Positions 45,091 to 55,899 of a DNA stretch of 64,000 bases are shown here, piece after piece. The DNA comes from an uncultured Phycisphaerales bacterium (GTDB lineage Bacteria > Planctomycetota > Phycisphaerae > Tepidisphaerales > Tepidisphaeraceae): the NCBI GenBank assembly GCA_963758525.1, contig CAVWVQ010000003.1:3648001-3712000 (forward strand), read 5' to 3'. Numbering within the stretch: the first letter of the stretch is position 1; every line of letters starts with the position of its first letter. Below the pieces are notes generated by a model. That model worked only from the letters and a program-made list of their open reading frames with translations, ran no database searches and was not told where the DNA came from. A program made the position numbers and the translations under genes.

Positions 45091-45161
45091 CGAAGATCCC
45101 CACCAGGGCCGATCGATCGCGTACGGCATTCAGAATTGCAACGCCCCCGAAGTTTGGCAAA

Positions 45162-46535
45162 ATGGCGAGCGTGAGTGACGAAAAACAACCTGAGGTGTGG
45201 GACGCAATCATCATCGGCGGCGGCCCGACTGGAGCGATCGCCGGCCTGGAGCTCGCGCGGCGCGGACGCCGCGCCCTCATCTTGGAAAAGGCGGAATTCC
45301 CGCGATTTCACGTCGGCGAATCGCTGCTGCCGGCGACGCTCGATCTGCTTAAAGAGCTGGGGCTGGAGGCAGAACTGCGGAAGCTGCCGCATGTGAAGAA
45401 GTTCGGTGCGGATTTTGCGATGGGGGGCAAGGGACTGCCGACGGAGATCGATTTTGCGCACGGGTATTGCCGGTCATTCGAGACGTTTAACATCGAGCGG
45501 TCGCTCTTTGACGCAATGCTTCTGCGCGAGGCGGAGAAGCGAGGCGCCCAAGTCCGGCAAGGGACGGCTGTCAGACGGATCGTGTCACTTGCCGATGGCG
45601 ACGTGTGCGTGGAGACGGATGCGGGGGAGGTTCGCGGGCGGTATTTGCTCGACGCGAGCGGGCAGGGCTCCGTGGTCGGCCGGCATCTGGGAACACGTCG
45701 CCCGGCTGAAGAGTCGTACCTCCACAAGGTCGCATACTTCAACCATTTCGAGAATGTATCGCGTGCCGACGGCATCAAGGGAGGCAATCCGCTCATCGCG
45801 ATGATGGACGAGGGTTGGTTCTGGCTCATTCCGATCACCGAACGTCGCACCAGCATCGGCATGGTGATCGATGCCGACACGGCCCGGCGCATCTCTCGCG
45901 AGGAAGGCGTCGCGCCGGATCGCATGCTCGCGTGGGGGCTGGATCGCTGCCCCGCGATGCTCAAGCGATTGCGTGATGCAATTCGGCCGCAGACGAACAA
46001 TGTTGCCGCGGATTTCAGCTATCGCTGCCGGCCCTACGCGGGGGAGGGTTATTTCCTGGTGGGCGACGCGGCGGCGTTTATGGACCCGATCTTTTCAACC
46101 GGAATCTTTGTCGGCACCCAGGGAGCGATGGCGACGGCCCGCCTGGTGGACGACATCCTTGCCGGTCGCATCAGCGCTTCGCGGGCGCGCAAACAGTATT
46201 GCCGCCAGTTCGAGCAGTGCACCGACACGCTCTTCAAGCTCATCGGCCAGTATTACGATCACTCGTTCCGCGAATTGTTCCTGCAGGGGTCCGGTCCGCT
46301 GGCGGTGCATCGCGCGGTGATCGGGGTCCTGGCGGGGAATGTTTTTCCGCGTCCGCCATTGAAGCTGCGATGGCGATTGTGGGTGTTCGATCAGTTCGTG
46401 AAGATCAATCGCAGCCGCCGGTTGGTGTCACCGCGACGAAGGTTTTCGCTGCTCAAGCAGACCGTGCCGTCCGCGGGTGCTGCGCCAATGATCGCAGTGG
46501 GCACTGGAACCCCGGGCGATCTCCCGCCGGTCTAG
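45162..46535 (+). CDS. Flavin-dependent halogenase-like oxidoreductase
   Basis: IIIGGGPTG, FPRFHVGESLLP, KKFGA, WFWLIP, GDAAAFMDPIFSTG. Confidence 0.82.
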   Translation: MASVSDEKQPEVWDAIIIGGGPTGAIAGLELARRGRRALILEKAEFPRFHVGESLLPATLDLLKELGLEAELRKLPHVKKFGADFAMGGKGLPTEIDFAHGYCRSFETFNIERSLFDAMLLREAEKRGAQVRQGTAVRRIVSLADGDVCVETDAGEVRGRYLLDASGQGSVVGRHLGTRRPAEESYLHKVAYFNHFENVSRADGIKGGNPLIAMMDEGWFWLIPITERRTSIGMVIDADTARRISREEGVAPDRMLAWGLDRCPAMLKRLRDAIRPQTNNVAADFSYRCRPYAGEGYFLVGDAAAFMDPIFSTGIFVGTQGAMATARLVDDILAGRISASRARKQYCRQFEQCTDTLFKLIGQYYDHSFRELFLQGSGPLAVHRAVIGVLAGNVFPRPPLKLRWRLWVFDQFVKINRSRRLVSPRRRFSLLKQTVPSAGAAPMIAVGTGTPGDLPPV

Positions 46536-46682
46536 AGCGAAGCGCAGCGGAGCGTTCGAGAGCGCTCCCGAGGCGCTCCTGCGGCTTAGCCTGGCGCATC
46601 CTGATCTTCTCCCCATTCCCCTTGCAAACGATTTCACGGTCTTCTAAGCTGCAATGTTCCTAAGGAAAGGGTTATCAAGATC

Positions 46683-46967
46683 TTGGATGCAGTGCGGAAT
46701 CAATCTCTCGACGAAATTAAGATCGAATTGAAACGGCTTCTGGTGGAAAATCTCTCGCTGGAAGACGTAAAGGCTGAAGATATTTCCGACGATGCAAACC
46801 TCTTTGGCGAAGACGGGATCGGGCTCGATTCGCTCGACGGGGTTGAGGTGGTCGTGCTGCTCCATCGCCAGTACGGGCTGGACGTGAAGGCAATGCAGAA
46901 GGGGCGCGACGTGTTCCGCTCGATCAATACCCTGGCGCCCTACGTGCTGGCCAACGCGACCAAGTAA
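46683..46967 (+). CDS. Acyl carrier protein
   Basis: LFGEDGIGLDSLD phosphopantetheine motif. Confidence 0.92.
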   Translation: MDAVRNQSLDEIKIELKRLLVENLSLEDVKAEDISDDANLFGEDGIGLDSLDGVEVVVLLHRQYGLDVKAMQKGRDVFRSINTLAPYVLANATK

Positions 46968-46985
46968 CAATTCGCGCGATTCATC

Positions 46986-48290
46986 ATGACACGCTCACCG
47001 ATCTGGATTGCGGGCGTCGGGGCAGTATGCGGAGCTGGTGACGATATCCCCTCGATTCTCAGCGCGTTCTCGACCGGCCGACGCAGGCCCGTGAACACGC
47101 TTCCCTTTAAAAGCTCCGTGGTGTGCCCGACATTCCAGGTTTCGGCGGATTTGCCGGTGCTTCCTGAACGATACAACAGCAGTCGCAGCCTCCGGATGAC
47201 GATCCGGGCTGTGCGGGAAGCGCTGGAAAACGCGGGGATCCGGCGATTGGGCGCTAACAGTCCGTTGCACAACCCCGCTCCGAATCTGAGCTACTCCGAA
47301 GGCTCGGATCAGGCGCCGGGAAATCCGAGCGTTCGGAGTACCTCAGACTCGGCGTGGAGGGGCTCCGAGTCGGGTTCTAACGTCCGCGTCGGCGTCTGCA
47401 TCGGAACGACGGTGGCGTGTCAGTTGAACAGCGTTTCGTTTTACGGCGCCTATCGCGGCGGGCAGGAACCGCCGCTCGACGCGGTCTGGAACTATCTGCA
47501 TTCGAATCTGGCGCAGGCGGTCGCGAGGTTGCTAAAGCTCAGCGGCCCGCGGATGACGGTCGTCAACGCATGCTCATCGGGCACCGACGCGATCGGCGTT
47601 GCCGCGAGCTGGATTCGCGCCGGTCTGTGTGACATCGCCATTGCCGGCGGCGCGGATGAATTGCACCCGGTGCCGATGTCGGGGTTCTGGTCGCTGGGGG
47701 TGATGAGCACCGAGCCGTGCCTGCCATTCGATCGCAACCGCAGCGGCTTGAATCTGGGAGAAGGCGCCGGGATCGTCGTGCTGGAGTCCGATGCGCACGC
47801 CAAGGCGCGCGATCGTCGCAATCAGTTTGAGGTTGCGGGTTTCGGCTCCGCTTGCGACGGACATCACCTGACCGCGCCGCATCCCGAAGGACGCGGGCTC
47901 GACGCCGCGATTCGCGCCGCCCTCCAACAGGCGGGCATTGCGCCCAATCAGATCGCGTTCGTCAATGCGCACGGCACCGCGACGCACGACAATGACCGTG
48001 CCGAAGGGAAAGTGCTGGCACGTCTCTTCGGCTCTGATGTGATGCTTCTCTCCACCAAAGGATACACCGGCCACGCCCTGGGGGCGGCGGGGGCGCTGGA
48101 AGCGGTGTTCACGCTGCTGGGCCTGCGGGAAAAATGGATTCCGCCCAGCGCGGGATTCGAGCAGCGCGACGACGATATTGGCGTTGCCCCTGCCGCGCGT
48201 CGCAGGTCGATTGACGGCAACTACGCGCTTTCCACGTCGCTCGCATTTGGCGGCAACAACGCGGCGCTGGTCATCAGGAGGCGCGCTTGA
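46986..48290 (+). CDS. Beta-ketoacyl-ACP synthase (FabF/B-like) with a 41-aa in-frame insertion
   Basis: NACSSG, HGTAT, KGYTGH catalytic C/H/H; SLAFGGNN. Confidence 0.92.
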   Translation: MTRSPIWIAGVGAVCGAGDDIPSILSAFSTGRRRPVNTLPFKSSVVCPTFQVSADLPVLPERYNSSRSLRMTIRAVREALENAGIRRLGANSPLHNPAPNLSYSEGSDQAPGNPSVRSTSDSAWRGSESGSNVRVGVCIGTTVACQLNSVSFYGAYRGGQEPPLDAVWNYLHSNLAQAVARLLKLSGPRMTVVNACSSGTDAIGVAASWIRAGLCDIAIAGGADELHPVPMSGFWSLGVMSTEPCLPFDRNRSGLNLGEGAGIVVLESDAHAKARDRRNQFEVAGFGSACDGHHLTAPHPEGRGLDAAIRAALQQAGIAPNQIAFVNAHGTATHDNDRAEGKVLARLFGSDVMLLSTKGYTGHALGAAGALEAVFTLLGLREKWIPPSAGFEQRDDDIGVAPAARRRSIDGNYALSTSLAFGGNNAALVIRRRA

Positions 48291-49150
48291 TTCAGCCAAT
48301 GGGAATCCTCGGCATCGGCGCGATCACCCCCTTCGGCAGAGATCTCGCGCAGGTTGCCCGGCACGTGCAGGAATCGGGCCGCAATCCGCCCAGCGGGCGG
48401 CGCGTCAACGATGAACTTTTGGTGGACCCGGCCATCAGCAAGCGAATGCGACGAGCCGATCGCTTTTCCCGGATGGCTGCCGTCGCCGCGATTGACGCAT
48501 GGAAACAGTCGAGCGGCGCCTGCGAGGATGTGCCCAGGGAACGCATCGGGCTGATCGTGACCTCCGGCTTCGGTCCGCATTGCCGCGGATTCCGATTCCT
48601 CGATGGAATGCTCGATTGCGGCGACAGTGCCGCCTCCCCCACGGATTTCTCTCACTCCGTTCATGGCGCCGCCGCCGCGTACATCACCGAACTGCTGGAA
48701 CTGCGCGGACCGTCCCTGAGCACGACGGACTTTGAAGTCGGATTCGAGGAAGCCGTCCTGCTCGCGCAATGCTGGCTCAATGACGGCACGTGCCAGCGCG
48801 TCCTGGTGGGGGCCGTCGAGGAACTGGGCGACGTGCTGCTGCATTGCGTGGCGCGCATGATCGCGCCGGAACAGTCAATGATTCTGGGCGAGGGCGCTCT
48901 CTTTTTCATGCTCGGGCCGGAGGCCGCCGGCGCGTTTGCGAGTCTCGACGCAGTTGCCGGGCCCCGGGCCGACGAGCTACGAATTATCGATGAATCTGAA
49001 AATCACTTCTGTCGCTCGGCGACGGATTCTGCCTTCCGGTTGCTCGCGACGGTGCTTTTGCCGCAGGTTGAAAATGCCCGGGTGGTTGGCGCATCGTGCG
49101 GCTTACGGGAAACTTCATTGGGCGTCACCCGTCGAAGCCCGATGATCTGA
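48287..49150 (+). CDS. Ketosynthase-like chain-length factor (N-terminal KS domain only)
   Basis: MRRADRFSRMA, SPTDFSHSVH; no catalytic Cys. Confidence 0.82.
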   Translation: MIQPMGILGIGAITPFGRDLAQVARHVQESGRNPPSGRRVNDELLVDPAISKRMRRADRFSRMAAVAAIDAWKQSSGACEDVPRERIGLIVTSGFGPHCRGFRFLDGMLDCGDSAASPTDFSHSVHGAAAAYITELLELRGPSLSTTDFEVGFEEAVLLAQCWLNDGTCQRVLVGAVEELGDVLLHCVARMIAPEQSMILGEGALFFMLGPEAAGAFASLDAVAGPRADELRIIDESENHFCRSATDSAFRLLATVLLPQVENARVVGASCGLRETSLGVTRRSPMI

Positions 49151-49170
49151 TTGCGGAGGAAGAATTTCAG

Positions 49171-49479
49171 ATGCTCCAAGCCAGCGATATTGAAGATGTT
49201 CAGAAGCAACTCTGCGAGGAAATTCGCGTGTTGATGTCGTTGAAGCCCGGCGCGGTTCTTCCCGACACCAGCCTGGCGGGCTTGGGCATCGATTCGCTGC
49301 GATTCGTTTCGCTGCTGATCGTCATCGAGCAGAAGTTCGGCGTGAGCCTGATGAAGGTGGGACTGAAAAAAGAGGACATGCAGTCTGTTCGCACGCTCTC
49401 CTCGGCGATTTGCGCGGGCGCAGCGCTTGAGGCTTTCGCTTCCCTATTTCCGCTCGCGCCGCTACCTGAGCGGCGTTGA
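49171..49479 (+). CDS. Acyl/peptidyl carrier protein (true stop probably ~49430, masked by a 1-nt deletion)
   Basis: LGIDSL motif, IEQKFGV; ggagg SD. Confidence 0.85.
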   Translation: MLQASDIEDVQKQLCEEIRVLMSLKPGAVLPDTSLAGLGIDSLRFVSLLIVIEQKFGVSLMKVGLKKEDMQSVRTLSSAICAGAALEAFASLFPLAPLPERR

Positions 49480-50761
49480 CTGGATGATGGGCGCGATGGA
49501 CTACCTGGCCATTCGCACCACCGGCATCGGCGCGCTCTCGCAGGCGATTCTCGACGTTGCGGGAAAGATCCCTGAGCCGGCGCTGCGCTCGGCCCTCGAT
49601 CAGATCTCGGATTGCTTTCCGCTCGTGCATGGCCGGGTGGCACGCGATTGTTTCAACCTCGCGCCATTCTGGAAAGTTTCGCGAAACGCCCGCGCGAAGC
49701 GGCTTGTGTTAAAGGTAGTGGACCTTTCCCAGGGCTCGGATACCGAAGCCGAGCGACTGCTCGCCGAGCACGTCAACACGCGCATGCAGCCGCGCTTTCA
49801 GCACCTGCGGTTTTTGCTGATTCATGTGGGCGAAACCCGGTCGCTTCTGGGGATGGTCTTCGACCATAAATTGCTGGACGCCTTCGGAGCCGAGTCATTC
49901 CTCCGGCTCATCGATCAGACTTCGCAGGGGAAGCTGGGGGAAATCGCGCCGCTGGTGAAGACCGCGGAACCCGCCCAACTCGATCACTGGATGCGCCGCT
50001 TTCAGTCCGGCAAGACCGTGAACGAGAGGCTCTTCAAACTGGGCCAGCGCGACCTTTCCGCGCTGCAAATGCCCGCTCCGGGCGGGTCGCACCGAGTCTG
50101 CTTTCTGCACGAAAAGCTGACCGTGCAGGAAACCGAGCACGTCCGCCAGCGATCCGGCGAAGAATGCGGCATGCCGATCCTGCTTCCCTCGACCGCCGCG
50201 CGCGCGGTCCTTGCCATGAAGCAGGCGATTCCGAATCCCCCGCTGGCGGGAACGCAGCATCTGGTTTTCACCTCCGCCAGCACGCGATCGCCGGGCCAGG
50301 AATGGGATGGACTGTTCTTCAACCAATTGTCGTTTCTGCTTTTCTCGGTGCCGGGGGAAGCGCCAACGTCGCCTGCGCCGCTGGCGGTGCTGCTCCGCGA
50401 CGAATTCTTCGACCAGATGAGAAGCGGCATGCCCGCCGCGCTGCAGGACGCGACGATATTGATGCGCATTTGCCCCCACTGGCTTGGAAGCCGGCTGATG
50501 AAACGCTTTTTCAAAGGCCGCGTTTGCTCGCTCTACTTCGCCTGCCTGCGCGAAACCGGCTTTTCCCAGAAGAGCTTCATGGGATTGCCGGCCGTCGATC
50601 TGATTCACACACCCACCGCTTTCGCGCCCCCCGGATTGAATTTGTGCATGACGTTTTTTGATGACCATTTCAATCTGGTGCTCTCGTATCTCGATGGGGC
50701 GATGCAGGAGAGCGAAGCCCGCGAGATGATGAGCCGATTTAAGTCGATGCTGATTGCCTGA
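49427..50761 (+). CDS. Stand-alone condensation-like / CAT-fold acyltransferase
   Basis: FPLVHGRV; FDHKLLDAFG (HxxxD motif); about 440 aa. Confidence 0.65.
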   Translation: MRLSLPYFRSRRYLSGVDWMMGAMDYLAIRTTGIGALSQAILDVAGKIPEPALRSALDQISDCFPLVHGRVARDCFNLAPFWKVSRNARAKRLVLKVVDLSQGSDTEAERLLAEHVNTRMQPRFQHLRFLLIHVGETRSLLGMVFDHKLLDAFGAESFLRLIDQTSQGKLGEIAPLVKTAEPAQLDHWMRRFQSGKTVNERLFKLGQRDLSALQMPAPGGSHRVCFLHEKLTVQETEHVRQRSGEECGMPILLPSTAARAVLAMKQAIPNPPLAGTQHLVFTSASTRSPGQEWDGLFFNQLSFLLFSVPGEAPTSPAPLAVLLRDEFFDQMRSGMPAALQDATILMRICPHWLGSRLMKRFFKGRVCSLYFACLRETGFSQKSFMGLPAVDLIHTPTAFAPPGLNLCMTFFDDHFNLVLSYLDGAMQESEAREMMSRFKSMLIA

Positions 50762-50818
50762 GTGCCGGGCCGGTATGTCAGGGAAATAAGCGAATCGCAG
50801 TTGTGACGCCCAAATCCT

Positions 50819-50937
50819 CCCCCGTGGCACGGGCATCTTGCCCGTGTTGGCGACTTGAGCAGAAAAAAACCGTTGTTACCAAAGCCTCCCGTCAGCACCA
50901 CGCTCCCAACACGGGCAGGATGCCCGTGCCACGGGGA
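50819..50937. repeat. GTGG-type REP doublet between convergent operons
   Basis: gtggcacgggcatcttgcccgtgttgg ... ccaacacgggcaggatgcccgtgccac. Confidence 0.88.
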
Positions 50938-50949
50938 ACGGCCCTGAAA

Positions 50950-52389
50950 TCACGCTGGCGATTGTCGATTCCTTGCGAGTTTGCCGCTGACTGTTTTGGG
51001 AAGGGCGGAAACGATCTCGAACTCAGCCGGCACTTTGTAGGAAGAGAGCCGCTCGAGGCAACGTGCGCGAAGTGACTCGACGGTGGCAGCATCGCCCGCA
51101 TCGGCTCGAACCACGACTTGGGCCGCCACCGTCTGCCCAAACTGCGCGTGTTCGCGTCCCCAAACGAGCGATTCGGTGACGCCGGGCAGCGCATTGATCG
51201 TCTCTTCGACCTCCTCGGGGAAGACTTTCATCCCAGCGCACACGATCACGGTCTTGCCGCGGCCCAGCAGCGTCAAACGTTCTTCCGCGTCCAGCCGTCC
51301 GAGGTCGCCGGTATGAAACCAGCCGTCGTCGAGACATTCCTCCCGCAGTCTCCAGGGAGAAACGTAGGCATCGAACATTCCCTTTCCCTTGAGCAGCACC
51401 TCACCGATGCCATCGCGATCGGGGCTGGCAATGCGAAGCTGATAGTCGGGCAGGATTCGGCCGACGGAGTTTTCTTCCGCGTCATGCGGATCGGTGTTGA
51501 TGAACGGCAGGCCGACTTCGATGATCCCATATGCTTCGGCGGGAATGACGCCAAACTTGTCCGCGAATCGTTTCGAAATGTCGCGGGGCATCTTCATCGC
51601 AGTGCTGATCGCGAGCCGTACCTTCGAGAGAGATGCAGGTGCTACCAGGTCCGAAGCGCCCAGCAGGTAATAGTGGACGGGCGACGCGTAGATCAGCGTG
51701 ATCGGGAAACGCCCGGCCGCATCGAGAACCGAAAACGGAAAATTGCGATTTGCGACGATGATCGTCGCGCCTTTTCGCAGGAACAGCAGAATCGACACGA
51801 CGAAATGATGGCTCATTCCCAGCACCCAGAGAATCACGTCCCGATCCGTCACACGCAGTCCCTGATTGGCCGCATCCGTGCGCTCGATGATCGAGCGATG
51901 GCAAAGCACAACGCCCTTGCTCTCGCCGGTGGTGCCGGAAGAGAATCGAATGAACGCAGGTTGCAGCTCGCGGCATCGCTGATCCAAAGCCGAACCGGCG
52001 CGGCGCGGTTGCCAGATGAACATGTCGTCGAGCGTCTCGAACGCCGGTTCATCTGCCGGACGCGGCAGGTCACGATGGGACAGTATTCCGTGCACATCGA
52101 TGCGGTCGACCGTTTCCTCAATCTCGTCTCGCGTCAACGTATCCGCAATCGGAACGACGGCGGCGCCGCTTTGCAGGATCGCCAATGCTGCGACGACATA
52201 ATCAATGCCGTCGCTGCACCGCAGTGCGATGCGACGACCGATGCCGATGTCGCGGCCTGCGAGCGTCCGGCTCAGGTTCGTGATGTGCGCCAGCAGTTGT
52301 TCGTAGGTAATCGACTGCTCGCCCTCGACGATGGCCGCGCGCTCGCCCAACGATCGAGTCTCCTCCCGGATGGTGTCGACGATGTTCAT
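50950..52389 (-). CDS. AMP-binding (class I adenylate-forming) ligase
   Basis: FSSGTTGESKG, AYGIIE, WFHTGDLG, LPKTVSGKL. Confidence 0.92.
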   Translation of the reverse strand: MNIVDTIREETRSLGERAAIVEGEQSITYEQLLAHITNLSRTLAGRDIGIGRRIALRCSDGIDYVVAALAILQSGAAVVPIADTLTRDEIEETVDRIDVHGILSHRDLPRPADEPAFETLDDMFIWQPRRAGSALDQRCRELQPAFIRFSSGTTGESKGVVLCHRSIIERTDAANQGLRVTDRDVILWVLGMSHHFVVSILLFLRKGATIIVANRNFPFSVLDAAGRFPITLIYASPVHYYLLGASDLVAPASLSKVRLAISTAMKMPRDISKRFADKFGVIPAEAYGIIEVGLPFINTDPHDAEENSVGRILPDYQLRIASPDRDGIGEVLLKGKGMFDAYVSPWRLREECLDDGWFHTGDLGRLDAEERLTLLGRGKTVIVCAGMKVFPEEVEETINALPGVTESLVWGREHAQFGQTVAAQVVVRADAGDAATVESLRARCLERLSSYKVPAEFEIVSALPKTVSGKLARNRQSPA

Positions 52390-53574
52390 GCAGTCTTCGC
52401 TCGCGATGCTGCCAGTGTGTAGACGAGGATGGTCAGAGTCGGAGCGATGGTGAAGGCCACGATGTGCGATCCCACAAACCACCGCAAGTGCGGCCCAGCC
52501 GACGGTGGCAGAACGCGGTCCGCGACGCGCAGCGAGAATCGCGGCACTGCGGGAAACATCGTCATCGCGACAACGAGCAGCGCGATCGCCTTGTTCAGAT
52601 GCAGTCGGCCGGCAATATAAACTACGGCGATTGGTCCCCATGGCCAGAAAACGATTCCCAGCAATGCCGACAATCCAGCGGCGGCGGCGACGCCCATCGG
52701 GGAGCAGAGTCCGCGCAGCCAGGTGACGGCTGTGTCCACGTGTTCGGGGGCAATATTGTGGTGCGGGCTTCCAGCCTGCAGCTTCTTTCCCCTCCCCTGG
52801 TACTCCGGGGGGCGAAGAAGGCGTCCGGCCGCGGTACTTTTCAGCAGGGGATGCGGAATCGGCAACAGCTCGCGGGCCACGAGCTTCGCATGCACCAGCG
52901 AAATGCGGGCGTTATCGCGAATGGGATGGAAGCTCGAGACACGTTCTGCCGCGTCGGGATACCAGACGCGGATGGGCAGACTTTTGACGTTCAACCCGGC
53001 CCACAAAGCGCGGGTGATGATTTCCATCTCAAAGTTGTAATGCCGCGACTGGATCGCCAGTCCGCTGATGTGCCGCACCGGATAAGCGCGAAAGCCACTT
53101 TGGGTGTCGCGGACGACTACACCGGTTTCGACGCCGATCCAGAAATCCGAGAAATCGCGCCGAAAAGGCTCGATCGCGGCATCGGGCCGCTGATCTGTTC
53201 CCGCCGTCCAATTAGAATCGTGTCGGGGGAAAGTTCTGGCAGGAAGCGCGGAATATCCTCGGGAAAGTGCTGCCCGTCTCCGTCGAGCGTGATCAAATAC
53301 CTGGCTTGCCCCTTCGCGGCAGCCTCAAAGGCCGTAGCGAGCGCCGCGCCTTTTCCGAGGTTCACCGGATGACGAATCACGGTGACCTCAACATCTTTCA
53401 ACAGTGTCCGCAGATCCGCGTCGGTGCTGCCATCATCGATAACGAGCACATTGAAAAGTTGCGCCGCGCTCGTTTGACGACATCGACGATCGTCGCGGCA
53501 TTGTTGTAAACCGGGATAGCGCACCACGTCTGCGTCTCCGGAGCCGCGGACGTGATCGAAAGCTTTGGCATCAT
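52386..53574 (-). CDS. GT2 glycosyltransferase with C-terminal membrane (DUF2062-like) region; frameshifts near 53465 and 53165
   Basis: IPVYNN, VIDDGSTD, NLGKGAAL, LDGDGQH, DTQSGFRAYP, SSFHPIRDN across three frames. Confidence 0.82.
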
Positions 53575-53668
53575 ATCGAGCGGCTGCGCGTCGCGCAGCG
53601 ACAACTTCGCAATGCCATGGCAGGGGGCCATCGGAGGCGCAGCGTGTTGAGCGTCAACTTGGGCACTT

Positions 53669-54291
53669 TCACGCTCGCGCCCTCGACGCTAAACGTCGGG
53701 CCAGGCTCGTCGGATCGGCCTCGGCCGGGAGAACCATGCCGCTTTCCTTGCCGCGGTCGATCGCCACGCAAACGGCGGATGTCGAGTCGCTCCAGAGCGC
53801 GAGCATCGCCTCGGCTTCACCATCGGCGACAAATTCTGTCGCTTCGCGCACGAGCGTGCCCAGGGGGTCGCGATCGGCGTGAATGTGCAGGCCAGGACCG
53901 GTCAGCGCCAACGCGATCGCCACTTCCCCCAGGGTGCTGGACGGCAGCGTGTAGATGAACAAATTTCCCCGCCCCATCGATCGGCCGCTGCGAACGTAAT
54001 CTCGAAAATAGTTCTCGTCGGCGGTCAGACATCCCTCGTAACCCGCGCCGACCAGTCCAATCTCCGGCGGCGGGTCCTTCGACCAGTCGCATGCGTTGAG
54101 CATCAGCGCCGCGGCGCAGAGGCACGCGCGACACTCGCTGGTCATGCGCGACAAATATCGGATCGGCCGGCCGATGAGCACGGTCAGCTCGTCGTTGAAG
54201 AGCGGCGCCGTGCGCGGAAGAGATGATGGCGATCGTCAGCAGCGACGACGCCGCAATTGTCGGCCGAGCACCAGGAGCAGCCGCGGATCAA
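53669..54291 (-). CDS. Ketosynthase N-terminal-like protein (second CLF), frameshift near 54216
   Basis: YLSRM, YFRDYV, GNLFIYTLPS; TTGA-coupled to the upstream KS. Confidence 0.72.
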
Positions 54292-55411
54292 GCAATCCCT
54301 CGACCCAGAACGACGGCGGTGTTCACGCCGCCAAAGCCGGAGTTGGTCGACAACGCCCGCGTGGGCGCGGCGATGCGAATGGAGTCGGAATTTGCCCATC
54401 CAATGGCAGAAGCATCGGGGTTTTCCAGCCCGATCGTCGGCGGGACGATCCCTTGCGACAGCGCGCGTCCGGCCACCAATATCTGCACCAGCCCCGCAGC
54501 AGCGAGCGTATGGCCGACGGCGCCTTTGACGGAGAAAATCGGCTTGGGAGATTCCAGCGCACGGCGAAAAGCCACAAGCTCCATCGCATCGCTGTACAGG
54601 GTCGCGGTGCCGTGCGCGGCGATAAATGCGAGCTCGCCGGGACCGCAGTCGGCCATCGCGCACGTGCGCAGGATCGCGCGGGAGAGCCCGGCCGCGTCGC
54701 GGTGGGGTGCCGTCATGTGCATGGCATCTGTCGTATTTCCCCAGCCGAGGATGGAAACCGCCGACGAGCCGGCGGCGGATGGATCGGACGTCACCAGCGC
54801 CCAGGCGGCGGCCTCACCCAGCGTCAGGCCGCAGCGTTGCGCGTCAAACGGCCGCGCGGGCGCCTCGCACAGGGAGAGCAGCGCCGAGAATCCGGAGTAG
54901 ACAAATTCAGAGATGCTGTCGCAGGTCACCACCAGCACGCTTTGGGCCCGCCCATGGCGGATCATGGCTGCCGCCCGCGTCAGCGCCGCGGCGGACGAGG
55001 CGCATGCCGAGGAGACCACCATCGCGTCTCCCTCCAGAGCCAGCATCTCCTTGACCGCGCGAAGCAATTGCTGGGGGCCCGCCCGCTGCGCCAGGGGCGG
55101 GTCGGCGTTCAGAACGGCTTCCTCGACGTACTCAATTTCGCCGACCGTCGTCGCCAGGATGAGAGGAGTGAGCGGATCGATCGTTCCCCGAAGCCGGCCG
55201 AGCAGGGGCGCAGCAGCGCCATTACGCGCGATTCGCCGGATTCGACGTCCAGGTCGGGCACCACCGCCATCTGATTGCTTACAAAGCCCCGCGGGGCGAA
55301 CCGCTGGGAGCCGCGAATCGGACATTTCCGGCTCAGCAGCCCGTCCCACAGCGCGTCGAGGCCCCATCCGTATGCGGTGACGACGTCGGATCTGGCGATC
55401 ATGGCGTTCAC
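54288..55411 (-). CDS. Beta-ketoacyl-ACP synthase, frameshift near 55205
   Basis: SACASS, HGTAT, KGAVGH, NSGFGGVN; N-terminus VVTAYGWG in another frame. Confidence 0.88.
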
Positions 55412-55899
55412 CGGCCACCTCCCAGTTCTCCAGCGAGCCAGCGCCGGCGGCATGCTTCCTGCATCGCGGGCGGAGCGAGCAGCGGGACGCCCTTTTCATC
55501 GACGAACATCTGCACAGTGTAACCGGCCGCGGCAAGTTTGCCGGCCTGGTTGTGAATCTCATACTCGATGTCCATCCGCGCGCCTTCGTTCCAGATCATC
55601 CTTCCCGTGATTTGCGCTTCCTCTCCCAGCGGCACGGGCGCGAAATAGTCGACGTGAAGCTGCACCACCGGAGCCCGCAACCGATCGCGATGGAAGTCGG
55701 CGTAGGTCATGCCGCACAATCTGCCCAGCGCTTCGTTGGCCTTTTCAAAGAGATTGGCAAATCGCCCGTGCCAGAGGACGCCCATCGGATCGACATCGCT
55801 GAAACTGACGCGCTGCGTCAGTCGCACGACCAGCGGCGCCGGCGCATTTGGATCGGCCGGGAAATATCCGCCCTTCTGGCGGCGCGGGGCGTGGATCAT
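55408..55899 (-). CDS. Acyl-CoA/ACP thioesterase (hotdog, YbgC/4HBT-like)
   Basis: VSFSDVDPMGVLWHGRF, GYTVQMF. Confidence 0.88.
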   Translation of the reverse strand: MIHAPRRQKGGYFPADPNAPAPLVVRLTQRVSFSDVDPMGVLWHGRFANLFEKANEALGRLCGMTYADFHRDRLRAPVVQLHVDYFAPVPLGEEAQITGRMIWNEGARMDIEYEIHNQAGKLAAAGYTVQMFVDEKGVPLLAPPAMQEACRRRWLAGELGGGR

